64,000 nucleotides of DNA from Blepharisma stoltei ATCC 30299 (taxonomy: Eukaryota > Protista > Ciliophora). Positions 1-12,104 of this stretch are shown in pieces. Location: assembly GCA_965603825.1 (NCBI GenBank), contig CBFDEM010000023.1, forward strand, positions 558,001 through 622,000. Reading direction: 5' to 3'. The first letter of the stretch is position 1. Each line of letters starts with the position of its first letter. A program made the translations under genes and the position numbers. A model generated the notes under the pieces. The model was not told where the DNA came from and ran no database searches. It saw only the letters and a list, made by a program, of their open reading frames with translations.

Positions 1-892
1 CAGTAACAGCAAATTTGCCTGCCCCAAATCCTGAATATACTGTGACTGCATTTTTATCAACTCGTCTTCCAAACAGACATGACCCTTTTTTTACACATTG
101 AAGTTTTGAAAATTTCGTGAAATTTGTTTTTGCTTTTGAGAACAATAGACCAAGGCCTCCTCCAGTAAGAAAATCATAATCTAAATAATTTTTACGAAGC
201 GAAAATGTGAGTTTTCATATTCCAGTAAGCCCTATGTCTTTTAAATCTTGAGTTACCTCAGGATTATTAAATTCAAAGGTTTTTATTATTGAATCTCCTA
301 GTGCAATATCTGATGTTTTCAGTAGATATGTAGAATGAGTCCCTGTATAAGGGGCAAAAGCTTCAAGCGTATCACTGGCATCAGATAAGTCAGGGAACCC
401 TTCTATATAGTTATCTAAAGATTTTGGGAGTAACTCTTGCAGATTTGAGTAGGGGTGGATTGCAATATTAAAAAAAAGATTGGGAAGATTGCAGTCTTTA
501 TCATTTTTCTTATCTTCTTCGTCAGTGATAATTGCATTTGTGGATGTGATGATTATGTAGTAATTTCCTTTTGTAAGCTTATTTGAAATCATTAAGAATT
601 CTTCTTGGACAGCGTTTGAGGATAAAATAGTGTCTGAAGATCTAAGGATTGATATTTTGAGATCGTGAAGGCGAGGTTCTGCGGAAATTCTGTATATGGA
701 TTACCTTATTCAGGAGTCTTCTGGTAAATTGAGATCCCATGTCAAGCTGTCTTCAGGAGCTAAAAATCTTCCTGAGGTTTCTAAGTGTTTAGTGTTTTCA
801 AATGAAGGTGAGAAATAGCTTAAAAGAGGCGGCAAATCTGGAAGATCACATGCAAGCGCTGACTGGAACAGAAAAAGAATCCAGGTCACCAT
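1..892 (-). CDS. Secreted/membrane protein of unknown function, 3' end runs off the window (2 TGA=Trp; introns 690-704 and probably 181-195)
   Basis: ATG at 892 with signal-peptide-like MVTWILFLFQSALAC. ORFs 710..892 and 215..592 join via TGA at 710-712 plus the 15-nt intron GTAATCCATATACAG. The frame stays open through TGA 215-217 to base 1. Confidence 0.8.
181..195 (-). other. Candidate 15-nt intron, phase 1, stop-less (GTAAAAATTATTTAG)
   Basis: Matches the GTAA..A10..AG consensus of the obligatory introns, but is not required to keep the frame. Confidence 0.55.
690..704 (-). other. 15-nt spliceosomal intron (GTAATCCATATACAG)
   Basis: Contains an in-frame TAA; removal joins two ORFs in frame. 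Confidence 0.9.
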
Positions 893-983
893 GTTTGTGT
901 TATAATTAATGAAATAAAAATCTTATTATTAAAATTCTAATTATATAGGAATTTTATTGATTTTTTTGTGAAATTAATAATAA

Positions 984-3130
984 TTAAGTATCATTTTTAA
1001 CTTTTCTCTTCAAATAACGTTCGCGAGCTTGGTTTACCTTAATAGCTGGGTCTTCTGCTTCTTTTTCTTCATTTATAGAAGGCTCTCTTGGCCTTTTTTG
1101 TTTTTGCAGCCCTACAAGTCTTTCTAAATTAGCTTGACTTAATTTTGGTGTAAGGTCTTCAATTCATTCACTTCGAATTTTGCTGAGCACTTTTAATGAT
1201 CCATGCGAAAGAGTTGATCCAGAAAGATGAGTGTATATAATTCAAGGCGGGTATTTTCCCAATATACTTATACTTGACTGTTTATCTACATGAAGCATTG
1301 TTCCATCAGAGACACTTAAATATGACCCTTCTTGGCCATATGATACAGCTCTTGCTGCATTCATATAAAACCCAAAACATAACGCCAGTCTTAGTCTGAT
1401 TGAGGAGTCTGAGCTTAAAGCTTTTTTTTCCATTAATTCATTATAAAGTTTTTCCTCAGGTAGTCCACTGATCCTGAAATTTTTTATCATAGTTTTCAAC
1501 TGTCCTCTGATATCCCTAGCTTGCCTTAAAGCTCTGGCATTAATAAAATTTTCATAGCACCAAGCTTCACTGTATTCATTATCCCTTCAGGAATCAAAAA
1601 CTTTTAAATAAGTTACATGGTCTCCACTTTTATCAATAAATTGCAATTGGGCCTGCTTTGCATTTTCTGTGTTTTCTAAGTCCATTTTTGGGACATTTTG
1701 CCATATATTTTCAGTTGAAAGCATAGCAACCAAGCTGAGCATTTCAGAATATGATTTAAAAATCAATGAAGCAATCAAACAGCGAGAATATGTTGGCTCT
1801 AATGGCAAAGATGCTAAAGATCTGCCTAGTTCCGTGATAGAGCCATCCTCATCAAGAGCTCCAATTAAAAAAAGCTGTTTATGTGCCATTAAAAGTGCCT
1901 CGTGGTCTGGAGGCTCAATAAACCCAAAATTTATCACATCTCGTATATCAAGAGCTTTTAAAGTCAAAATTGTGCTTGATAAATTGACTCTTTTTATTTC
2001 AGCTACCGCACTTTCAGCCATCTGTTCTTCAAAAAAGCTTTCTGAATAGAGCCTAAAGCATTTTCCTTCTTGGGTTCTTCCAGCTCTTCCTGCTCTTTGT
2101 TTAGCTTGCTGCTTCGAGATTGGAGTGACCATAAGAGCATCTAGCCCAGTTCGGGGATTATAAGCTTTTTGTTTGATATATCCACAGTCGATTACAAAGC
2201 CTATTCCATTAATTGTAAGAGAAGTTTCTGCGATATTTGTAGAAAAAATGACTTTTCGGGTATCTTCAGGGCATGGCTTGAAAACTTTGCTTTGTTCTTC
2301 ACTTGGCATTGCCCCATAAAGTGGCAAAATCATCATAGAAGGAACAGGTTTTCCTTTCGCTACTAATTTTTGTAAAGTATCAAAGCACACTCTGCAAGCC
2401 TTTTCGCATTCTTCACTCCCTGTAAGAAAAACCAGCACATCTCCAAGCCCTTCATGCAAATGGATCCTAATCGCCGCATTCACTGCAAACTCCACCCTCA
2501 GATCCGATTTTACTGCGCTATGCAAAACTTCTACTTCATACTGTCTTCCTTCTATTTGAATTAACGGACAATTTCCTAAATAATTTTGAAATAATTCAAT
2601 ATCCAGTGTAGCTGAAGTCACAACTAGTCTGAAATCTTTTCTAAGCTGGACGACTTGCTTTAATAGTCCTAAAAGAATGTCAGTGTCTAGACTTCTTTCA
2701 TGGGCTTCATCTAAAATTACGACTGAGTATCTTGATAGCTGGTTATCTTGAAGAGCTTCTCTTAATAATACACCATCAGTCATATATTTGATTTGGGTTT
2801 TAGAAGAAGTGCAATCTTCAAATCGAATTGAATATCCGACCTATTTATGTTATACCTGACCTCTTTTCCTAAGCCACACTTTCGTTCATAGCTGACACGC
2901 CGGGCCATCGCAATTGCAGCGACTCTTCGCGGCTGGGTTATGGCGATTTTAAGTTTGCTGGATTTTAAGATTCTAGGGAGATCTGAGCTTTCTAGGAGAT
3001 ATTGAGGGATCTGAGTTGTTTTTCCGCTGCCTGGCTCTCCTGTGATCATTACGATAGGGTTTTCGCAGATCAGTTGGAGGATTTGGTCTTTGTACTTGTG
3101 AATCGGCAATTCAGATGCAAATTGATCCAT
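984..3130 (-). CDS. DEAH-box RNA helicase (DHX40/DHX8-PRP22-like); intron 2841-2860; 3 TGA=Trp
   Basis: Motifs GSGKTTQ, TQPRRVAA, DEAH, SAT, STNIAETS, QRAGRAGR. TGA at 1587, 1242 and 1164 fall on family-conserved Trp (FDS-W-..AWCYENF; PP-W-IIY; SE-W-IEDL). Ends TAA 984-986. Confidence 0.93.
2841..2860 (-). other. 20-nt intron (GTCAGGTATAACATAAATAG)
   Basis: Removing these 20 nt restores the conserved GKEVGYSIRFED motif; the nested 15-nt intron does not. Confidence 0.8.
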
Positions 3131-3462
3131 TTTATTTAAGTATGGCATTCTGCATATAGAATCAATGCCTTCAATTTTCTTTTTAGAAAAACCTTTGAAT
3201 TGAATAAAGAATTTTTTTATTTTATATTTCATAAATTAGTCCCAATTCCGTTTCTAAAAGACATATTTAAGCCGAATCAAAATATTATATATTTCATTGT
3301 TCTTATTAAGTAATGGCAAAGAAATTTGGGCCTTTTCCAATAATTTTATATTTAAATACCATTAAAAAAGCTAATCTTCAAATAAATTGCCAGCAATGAG
3401 ACTAAGATGAATTATTTTAGAAGAATTTTTGAATCCAAAGAGTTACATAGTTAAACTTAAAT

Positions 3463-3891
3463 TTAAGCAACTGTCTTCTTCCTATCTCCTCTATGTCCCA
3501 TCTCACTCAATAAATTAATTGATGACTCTTTTCTTGGCATATATGTTTTAGCTACATCATCGAAAAGGCCGCTTTCGTAACTCCTCGGCATATTTTGGCC
3601 AAGTTGGGCATAAATATATGGAAGATAACTCGACCTTTTATTATACCGCGGACTAAGGAGATAATCTGGGCTAGGTGATGACAAATTACTGTCTGTGGGT
3701 GACACTACTTCTAGTAGTTTACTACTAGTTCTTGTAGTCTTAATTGCTGGTAAACGCAGAGGCAGTGGTCTGCTTGTGTGAGTTTTTGTGTCTTCTGGGT
3801 TTGTGTAAGGTTTATGGCTAATTTCAATCGCAACGGGAATGCTTAAGTGAAATGAACGTAAACGTTCGCCTAAGCGAGATTTAATACTCAT
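3463..3891 (-). CDS. Hypothetical basic Ser/Pro-rich protein (142 aa)
   Basis: ATG to TAA ORF with higher GC than its AT-rich flanks. Confidence 0.75.
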   Translation of the reverse strand: MSIKSRLGERLRSFHLSIPVAIEISHKPYTNPEDTKTHTSRPLPLRLPAIKTTRTSSKLLEVVSPTDSNLSSPSPDYLLSPRYNKRSSYLPYIYAQLGQNMPRSYESGLFDDVAKTYMPRKESSINLLSEMGHRGDRKKTVA

Positions 3892-4336
3892 GAATTTTAT
3901 TTTTGTAAATTAAAATTCATCAATGGTTGAGCCTGATAAAATGGTTTATCGAAGAATCTGGAAATTCTATTTGAATAAAATCTATACTACCTATTGGCTA
4001 TTATTTTATCAAAGTAGATATTTCTACTGAAGAATTGTTTCCTAACTTCCTCATCAGTTCTGCAATAAAAATATAATTAGCTTCCTTATAGCTTATCCAC
4101 TAATCAAACATTATAGTATTTTCCTATGCCAATAGGAAAACACTCAAAGATCATATAAAATTTTAAGTATATTTTTCGAAAATATTTATTAGAAATGACG
4201 TCAGTTTCTTGTGGATCAATATCACCTATTTTACCCATTTTTAATAATAAAATTAATTAATTTTAAAAATAATCCAAAACGCTTCTTGCATTTCATTAAC
4301 TAAAACTCTTTATTTTTGAAGCATTAATAATATAAA

Positions 4337-6467
4337 TTAATTTAAGATTTCTGCAATTAACTGCCTTTGCTCAAGAATCTTTCTATTCATATCATCTGCA
4401 TGCTTAACCCGAATAAATCCTTGTATCCTCTGCAAGCATTGTGGACAATTTATGTCGCCATCATCTTTACATTTTGTACACACAAGATGCCCACATGGGT
4501 CAACAGCAACTGCATCTTCTACAGTGTTTGAGCAAACACAACACGATAAATAAGCGTCAAATGCTGTGAACATATCTTTGATTTTATCCAAGATTTTGGC
4601 TATATTTTCTTCTTTTAAGCACAATTCATCAAACTTCAATTGAAGATTTTTAAACTGTGGGTTATTTATTTCAGCTTTGGCTTCATCTATTTGAATTTCA
4701 AGCTGAGTTATTTGCTGGGTTTTATTTGATAGAAGATTTTTAAAGTATTCTTGGGTTTTTAGAAGCTTATCATTTTCTTCTTTGAATTTGGCTAAGTCTG
4801 TTTCTAGTTGCTGAATGCGGCTTTGGCTTCGGGAGTCATCATTTGAAACATTGAACTTGGAGCTTTCTTTTTCTTTTAAAACTTGTGAAGATTTTAATCT
4901 CAAAATCTCTTGGGAGTGGACTGTATTGATATTTTTTTCATTATTTAATTCGATTTGTAACTCACGAATTTTTGATTCTGATTGGTACTCGCTATTTCGT
5001 ACTTTTTCTTTTTCTCGCTCCATTTTATTAGCGGCTTCTCCAAGATTTTTCTCTAACTTTAAGTTTCTCTGCCTAAGTTCCTTATTTTCTTCTATCAATG
5101 TTTTTGTCCTATCTTTTCATTTCGCTGTTTTTCCAGCTTTTTTATCAATTTCTTCATATTGGATTTCTTTTTGGTGAGCTTGCTCTTTTAATTTATTTAA
5201 TTCATCAGTAAGTTCTTCAATTTTTATATTCGAAATTTCAAGCTTTTCTGTCAATTGGCTGTTGTTTATTTCAAGCTCCCTAAGGCTTTCAGTAATAAAT
5301 TTCCTTTGGCTGTCACTACTCTTATATAACTCTTCAAGTTCTTTTATTTCTGCTTCTTTATATTTATACTCAGTAGATATATTCTGTATCAACTTTTCAT
5401 ATTTAAACGTTTCTATTTGTTGGTTTTTTCTCATTTCTTCAACACTGAATACAATTTCTTTTCTTGCAACCAGCGCTCTATCAAGTTTTTCTTCAGCTTC
5501 CTGCTTATGTTTAGCCATAAGCGACATTTGGTCAGTTAATTTATAAACTTGGTCTTGCAATGCTTCAGCTTTTTTTATCCAATCGCACCCAGAAGGTATT
5601 TCTATCGACCCTAAGCCTAAACAGACCTCAATCTGTGGCTTTTCAAAATTATTAAAAAATCCAATCATCTCTGTAAAATCAGAAAACTGGTTTTTATCAG
5701 TTTCTGTCTCATTTTCTACTAATTCAATTTTTTTGCTGCCTTGTTCATCATTATGCATCAAAATTATTGTTGGTTTTGCTTCTTCTAATTCCTGGATCTT
5801 CTTATTGGCTTCTAATAAATCTTTTTTAAAAAACTCCCCTTTGATTTGAAGCTGGACTATTTCATTCTCATACCTATTCTTTTCGTCTTTTAACACTTTT
5901 TCCAAGCCTTTTATTTTATTTTCAAGTTCTTCATTTTGGCTATATAAATTATTAATTTCATTGGTATATTCTAAATTCCTGCTGGGAAATTACCTTATTT
6001 TCAAGCTCTTTTTTCATATCAACTAGTTCAATTTTCAAATTTTCATAGTCATTATTTCCTTCTGTCACTATGGCTCCTTCAGCTTTTTTTTTAGCTTTAT
6101 ATTCTTCAAAGTTTTTCCTTATAACTAGATTTTCATTCAATAAATCAAGGTTTTTTTCTTTTAATTCCTGGGTCTTGTTTTTTTCTTCCTTATACATTTT
6201 GACTAAATTTTCAAAATGTGTGGCTAAGGAGTCAAGGGCTACGTTTCTTTCTTCTAGATCTTTGCGCTGGCTTTCGATTTTTACTTCAAGCTCTTTTACA
6301 AAAACGCGATCTGTTGCTGCAGGTGAGAGGTCTGGGGCGGTAGTGGAATGGAAAAAACATTTATTGTGGTGCGTGCATGTTGCTATTTTATTGAGCTTTG
6401 GAAGTGATTGAGAATAGGATGTCTTTTTAGGAGTCCTTAGAGGTTTGGGCTTATATAAAATATTCAT
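4337..6467 (-). CDS. Long coiled-coil protein with C-terminal C3HC4 RING finger; intron 5978-5993; TGA=Trp at 5117
   Basis: Three ORFs join. RING: CCVC...DPCGHLVCTKC...CPQC. Ends TAA. Confidence 0.85.
5978..5993 (-). other. 16-nt non-canonical GT-GG intron (GTAATTTCCCAGCAGG)
   Basis: The frame change between ORFs 5958..6467 and 5117..5905 needs removal of 3n+1 nt; the 15-nt GT-AG version leaves TAA stops in frame. Confidence 0.55.
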
Positions 6468-6635
6468 GCGAATTATAAGGAAATTCGAAATATGACCGAA
6501 ATGCGATTGAAAAATGGCTCATTTCAATAAAAGAGCTTTCTATATAATTAGTAATGTAGCTATTGAATTTATCGATTTTAAGGGTATGATAAAACAAGAA
6601 ATATTTAAAATTATCGATAATATGTGTTTCTAGGT

Positions 6636-8178
6636 TTAATCATTATTCAGCTGCATATGAAGCTGAAAGATTGCACTGAGAAAATCTTTCGAGCTCATTT
6701 CTTTGCATTTTAGCTTTGACTCGTTATGATCATTTGGTGGACTTTTATCTTCCCTCAGCCGAAACTCCTTAGAAGGAGTTTCCCTTGCAGTTTTTTGCCG
6801 CTGTAAATATTTTTCAACTCCTTTAAACCCTTTTAGATTTACTTCATCAAACTGCGCATTACCATGAATTTTTGGTGAAAAAGTGCACTCTTTTAGATCG
6901 TATTCTATGCTCTCATCTCTTTTCCTCTGTAATACATCATCTTTTACCTTTGCCCATCCATTTAATTTACTAATAAACTTTTCTTGCTCTACTTTCGTTC
7001 TTTTAGGACTGTGGTCGTCTAATAAAATTTTCTCATCAAGGAAGCTTGTGGTTACGACTTTCTCTTCTTTGTGATGTCTGAGCTCGTATAAAGCTTCTCA
7101 TCTTTCAGTTTTAGAAGCAGTAGAATTATCTTTTAGTCGTTGGGCAAGCCTTGATGAATTTAAATCAATGTTTGGATTGAACGTGCATTCTTTGTCGTCA
7201 AATGATATGTCGAGTCTTGGGATTTTAGTCAGTCTGGAGCTAGAAGGTTCAAGTTTAGATGCAATTACTTGGCTTTTTTTGGATATGTGAGGCTTGAAAG
7301 GGAATTCTTTTATAGGTGTTGACTCACGAGATTTTGTTTGTCGGATAGGGGAAACCTTACGTGCAGCTGTCGGGGTTTGTGATCGATAATATTTTTCTTC
7401 TTTTACTACAGGTATTTGTTTACTTAACAATTGATATTTTTGTTCAATATTTTTCTCTGAAATATTTGTATTTTTTACACTATGAGCTGTATACGATGTA
7501 TTGATTTTTGGGCTTGAAACACTCTTCATGTCCAAATAACTCAAGACTTGTTTTGCTTTCAGCACTTTGCTAGATTTTGTTGCGCTATTATATAATCTTT
7601 GTCCAACGTCTCCTTTCCTATTAGAGCCTTGCAAAATTTTTTGAGATCCTTTACAAGGTTTAGGACTTTTGATTAGGCTGTTTTCATGCTCAGTTTGCTG
7701 TATGATTCTCTGGTTTTGTTTTTGTTCATAAACTTTACTTAAATTATGTAAATATTCATTCCTACCTGTGTTTCTGATTTTTTCAGAATGCTGTATAAAT
7801 TTTTCTTCTTCCAATTTCTTTTGCTCTTCATTTGCTTTGCGTTTTGTTTCTTTATTTTGAGAATAAGTGATCCCAGCTTTGATGAGCCTGTCTTCTACAC
7901 TTTCTAGTGAAATATTACCTCTCATTTGGATAGGAAAATGATTGACTGAGCGGGCTTTGGTTGTCACCTTGTTTTAGGTGATTTAAAGTTTTGGTGCTCT
8001 CTTTAGGACTTTTGTATTGTAGCATATCCTCGATTTTTGACCTTTTTAGCGGTGCTTTTTGTGTTTTTGGTGTCATTTCAGCTAAATTCATCTCTTCAAG
8101 CCATTGTTTCAACTGATTTGTGACATCGTTAGAGAGATTTGACAACATATTTAATATTGAATACTTTTTAGCTTTCAT
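6636..8178 (-). CDS. Basic protein with (E)CTFxPxI / FxFxPxI repeats, possibly cytoskeletal; intron 7900-7918; TGA=Trp at 7098
   Basis: ORFs 7915..8178 and 7098..7967 join by a 19-nt intron; the frame continues through TGA to TAA 6636-6638. Motifs EFPFKPHI, ECTFNPNI, ECTFSPKI. Confidence 0.8.
7900..7918 (-). other. 19-nt intron (GTAATATTTCACTAGAAAG)
   Basis: Use of the second AG restores the frame (..NESVEDRL..); the first AG at 15 nt gives a stop shortly after. Confidence 0.7.
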
Positions 8179-8371
8179 AAATAAAATAAAGTGTTTTACT
8201 GATAAAAGCTACTTATTTACTTATCATTAAATTTATTTTCATAAATTAAATCTATATAAAAGCTCATTTTATAAGCACAACAATTTAAATATTTTTCTAT
8301 TAAGCATTGAATATTAATAATACATGCTTTTATATACCTCAATTTTTATAAAAAACTAAAGTTCTTTTATA

Positions 8372-10609
8372 ATGGCTTCCCAACAATTTACAAAATATCT
8401 CTTTGATTCCCCATCTGTACTCAGCGGGGAAGAGCCAGAACTAAAACGCTCAGACTTCACCTTTGAAAAGAAGCTCGGAGAAGGTGCATTTGGCCAAGTA
8501 TGAATTGTATGTCATAAAGTGTCTAAAGCGATCTATGCTCTTAAGCAAGTCCCTAAAGAAAAAGTTCTCAAAATGTTAAGCCAGTTCAAGAGAGAAGTAT
8601 ACATTATGTATAACCTAAACCATCCTCATATAATAAAGCTTTACAATCATTTTGAAGACGAAAAATACTTCTACCTCATCATGGAATGCTCAGACGGAGG
8701 AAATCTTTTCCATCGCTTACAAAAGCAGAGGCAATTTATTGAGGTCGAAGCTGCACAATATTTTAGAGAAATTGTCCTTGCTGTGGAGTATTTGCACTCA
8801 CATGTCCCAGCTATTATTCATAGAGACATTAAGCCTGAGAATATTTTATTAGACTCACAGAATCGTGTAAAATTAACTGATTTTGGATGGTCGAATTATT
8901 ATAGCAAAGAAGAGCTTGAGCCAAGAAAAACAGTATGTGGGACATTGGAGTATTTGCCGCCTGAAATGATTGAAGAAAAAGACCACAATACTTCTGTTGA
9001 TATTTGGTGCTTAGGGGTACTTCTATATGAAATGCTAGTAGGATTTACTCCTTTCAAGTCACAATCAAAAAGAAATCTACTCGTAAATATAGCAAGAAAT
9101 AAGCCAAAATTCCCTTTGAGCTTTCCTCCCCTTGCACGAGATTTGATATGCAGAATGCTTTCAAAAAACCCAAATGACAGGCCAAGTATCACTGAAGTAA
9201 AAGAAGACAGATGGCTTAAAGAGCTTCCAGCCCTCAAAGAAACTACATCACAGATGTTATCCCCAATCCCACTCCCACAATATCATGGTAAATTTTAATC
9301 AGAAAGCATTCCTGTCGAGTTCAAATGTTACAAAGTAATCAGTGAAGTCGTCAAAGAAGAACCAACATCTAAAAAAGAAGAAAAAAACCCAAAAAATAAT
9401 AGGTCTCCTTCAGGCTCTGAATCTGATGATCTCGATCTATCTTACAGCTCAGACGGCTCTGAAAAGAATTCCGATGTGCTCAGCAATGAGTTTTTAGATG
9501 ACATTGTATGCAAAGAAAGCATAAAACAAATGAAAGATATTATTGAAGAGAGGAAAACGGTGATCAGGGTCCAAAAAAGTACAATTGGAGACATTGATAA
9601 AAATCTTAAAGAGGCAAATGAAGAGCATGAGAAGCTTGAAGGCAGAGTGAAAGAAAAAAATGATGAGCTATTAGCATTGCAAAGCAAGGAAAGACAGCTA
9701 ATTAATCAAATTGCAGATATTGATGTGCAGATGCAGACTTGCCAGCATAATGTTGAGGACTCTGAGCTGATTGAAAAGATTCATACATACCAAAAATTGC
9801 TTATAGAGAAATCATCAGAAACGAGCATTTATTTGAAAAAGCGAGAAGGAATTAAAGAAAAATTAAGGGATGTTGAAAGACTCCTTAATGAAAAAGAAAT
9901 TGAATTCAGCCGAGCTAACACCCAACTTTTAGAAGCTAAAAAAGACTTAAAAGGCTCAAACAGAAACATGCAAATGCAATTTACTGACCTAACACTGAAC
10001 GCTGATATCTTGAAATCCCGCATTGACAATTTCGACCACTTCTGTAAAGCCCTCGATCCTGACGAATTTGCAGTTGCTAGAGATATCCAAAATTTCATCA
10101 GAGACAAAAAGAACGAAATTCCTGAACTCAAAGAAAGAGAAATTTTATCAAAAATACAGGCAAGAGAAGAAATAATAACAAAAATAGAACAAGAAATAAT
10201 TGAGCAGAAAATTGAGCACGAGGACAAAAAATCAGAATTATTCCAGCAGTATAGAAAGAAAAAAGAAGATACAATTAACAATTGCAAACTTTTAAATGAA
10301 AAAATGTCAATTGAAATCCAAGACCAAGTCAATTTAGAAAGAGAAAATTTGACTAAAAAATTAAAAATGGCAAGAGAAGAAGAGCACATGTATCCGACTA
10401 GTCAAGAAGATATAGAAAATATGAAGAAAAAGCTGCAGTATTTAAAAAATATAAAAACCCAAACGGTTTCAAAGATATCTAGAATGAGAGAGTCGAGATT
10501 TGAAGCCAAAGAAAAGATAAGGAATATCAATAAAAGCATTGAAGATTCCCTTGATGAGCTGAATACACTAAAAATAAGCTATATGATGAAGATTGAAGGG
10601 TTTGAGTAA
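8372..10609 (+). CDS. Aurora-like Ser/Thr protein kinase with long C-terminal coiled coil; intron 9288-9302; TGA=Trp at 8501
   Basis: LGEGAFGQV(W), ALK, HRDIKPEN, DFGWS, RKTVCGTLEYLPPEM. The true ATG at 8372 lies upstream of the TGA. Confidence 0.92.
9288..9302 (+). other. 15-nt intron (GTAAATTTTAATCAG)
   Basis: Contains an in-frame TAA; removal links the kinase to the coiled-coil ORF. Confidence 0.9.
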
Positions 10610-10664
10610 AATTATTTACAAGCCAAATCATAAAATAATTCTAATTAAATAAAAAATATCCTAC

Positions 10665-11915
10665 TTAATATGAGTGAATTTTTGCTCCAGGAAGAACTGC
10701 TGACATTGAAGAAATTCTATAATACTCGCCTTTTGTTGAAAAAATAATAGAAAGAAACAAAAAAGTCGCCATCTGCATAAATAGAGTTCCCCCAATAATA
10801 AATTTCCCCCTAACATATAAGGCAAAGAATTTACTTGCAATAACCAAAATTGGCATTGACAAAAAATATACACTTGAAGCTACAGTAAATTTGTATATGA
10901 ATTGAATGCTTTTTTGTGCTTTTGTCAGAGAAAATAAATATTTTGCGTTGTAGAGGAATCACCCAAACATGCAGAATCTCAATATAATTAATGCTAATCC
11001 TGCTATTCCTTCATATTCGCTGAATTTATAAGAAGAATCATCACTGATTTTTCCAAGTCCCAGCACAACTAAATGTAAAAATGTGACTATTAGTATAATT
11101 GGTATATAAATATCTGCATTAGGAAAATCACTATATTGTATAGTCCATCCTTCTGCTATTATAATAAGTAAACATGTAATTGTTAGCTGAGATACCAAAA
11201 TTAAGGCTTGCTCAATAAAATCAAGAGCTCCTAAGCCTCTTCCATTGGATTCATAAATTGTGAGGTTAAAATAAGAAACAATCATTGATAAAAATTGAAA
11301 GAAAATCGCCATATTTAGCCATACCATGGTAAGCTGAACCTCTTCTTCTTTTCTGAAGTATTTGATGAGTTTTAAAATATTTGCCCCTAGACCTAGCAAA
11401 AATATGACTGCTAAAACCAAATATATGCTTTTCAGGCCCATTTGTTCCACTGAAAGATGATTTCTTCCTTCATTTCTCATTGTAATTTCTACTTTTACTC
11501 TTGCGTGGTCATTTAATAAATTATTGCAGTCAGAAATCACAAAATACCAGACATGAGGTCTGACTGATTGAGATAATTCGCCTACTATATCCCCTGAAAA
11601 TTGTCCATCAAGTGGCAATGCTAAATCATATGTTAATTTTGCTCTTTTGTTTTTTTCTGTGCATGAGAGTGAAGAAAGGTCTTGCTCCCATTCTTCGTCT
11701 ATAAATATAGAGAATTGCAAGTTGTGCTTTTTGCCTTCGAATTCCTTGGTTACTCGTAATAATCTAGCTTTCATGGAAAAATCTCCAACTCCAATATCCA
11801 TACCAAATTTCGAAACATATTGCCAATTATTATTTCTCGTCATTGTCAATGTTGTTCTTATGTATTTTCCTTGTGCTAGCAAAAATAATATGAACAATAA
11901 GATTTGGACTTTCAT
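10665..11915 (-). CDS. GPR180/TMEM145-like 7TM protein; TGA=Trp at 10959
   Basis: Signal peptide, W.YVSKFG and RPHVWYFVISDC luminal motifs, IIIAEGWTI, about 7 hydrophobic segments; frame open through TGA to TAA 10665. Confidence 0.85.
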
Positions 11916-12104
11916 ATTGTAATTATGCTACGCCATACTTTTTTAAAATTGTTTTCCAATATCTATTTAAATTCAATAGAAATTATTTTGCTTGTTTCTG
12001 GCTAAAAACATATTCAAATAATTAAAAGTTGCGATATGGTTGTAAAAGTAAACTAATTATAGGGAAAAAAATTATGGATTATTATTTTTAAAATCAGGAT
12101 TTAG

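Noticed and set aside
3923-4045. 40-aa aromatic-rich ORF on + (MVEPDKMVYRRIWKFY...)
   Set aside because: Short, AT-rich and with no recognisable motif; cannot be supported without expression data.
10808-10815. Single CCCTAACA, resembling a heterotrich telomere unit
   Set aside because: One copy inside a CDS; expected by chance.
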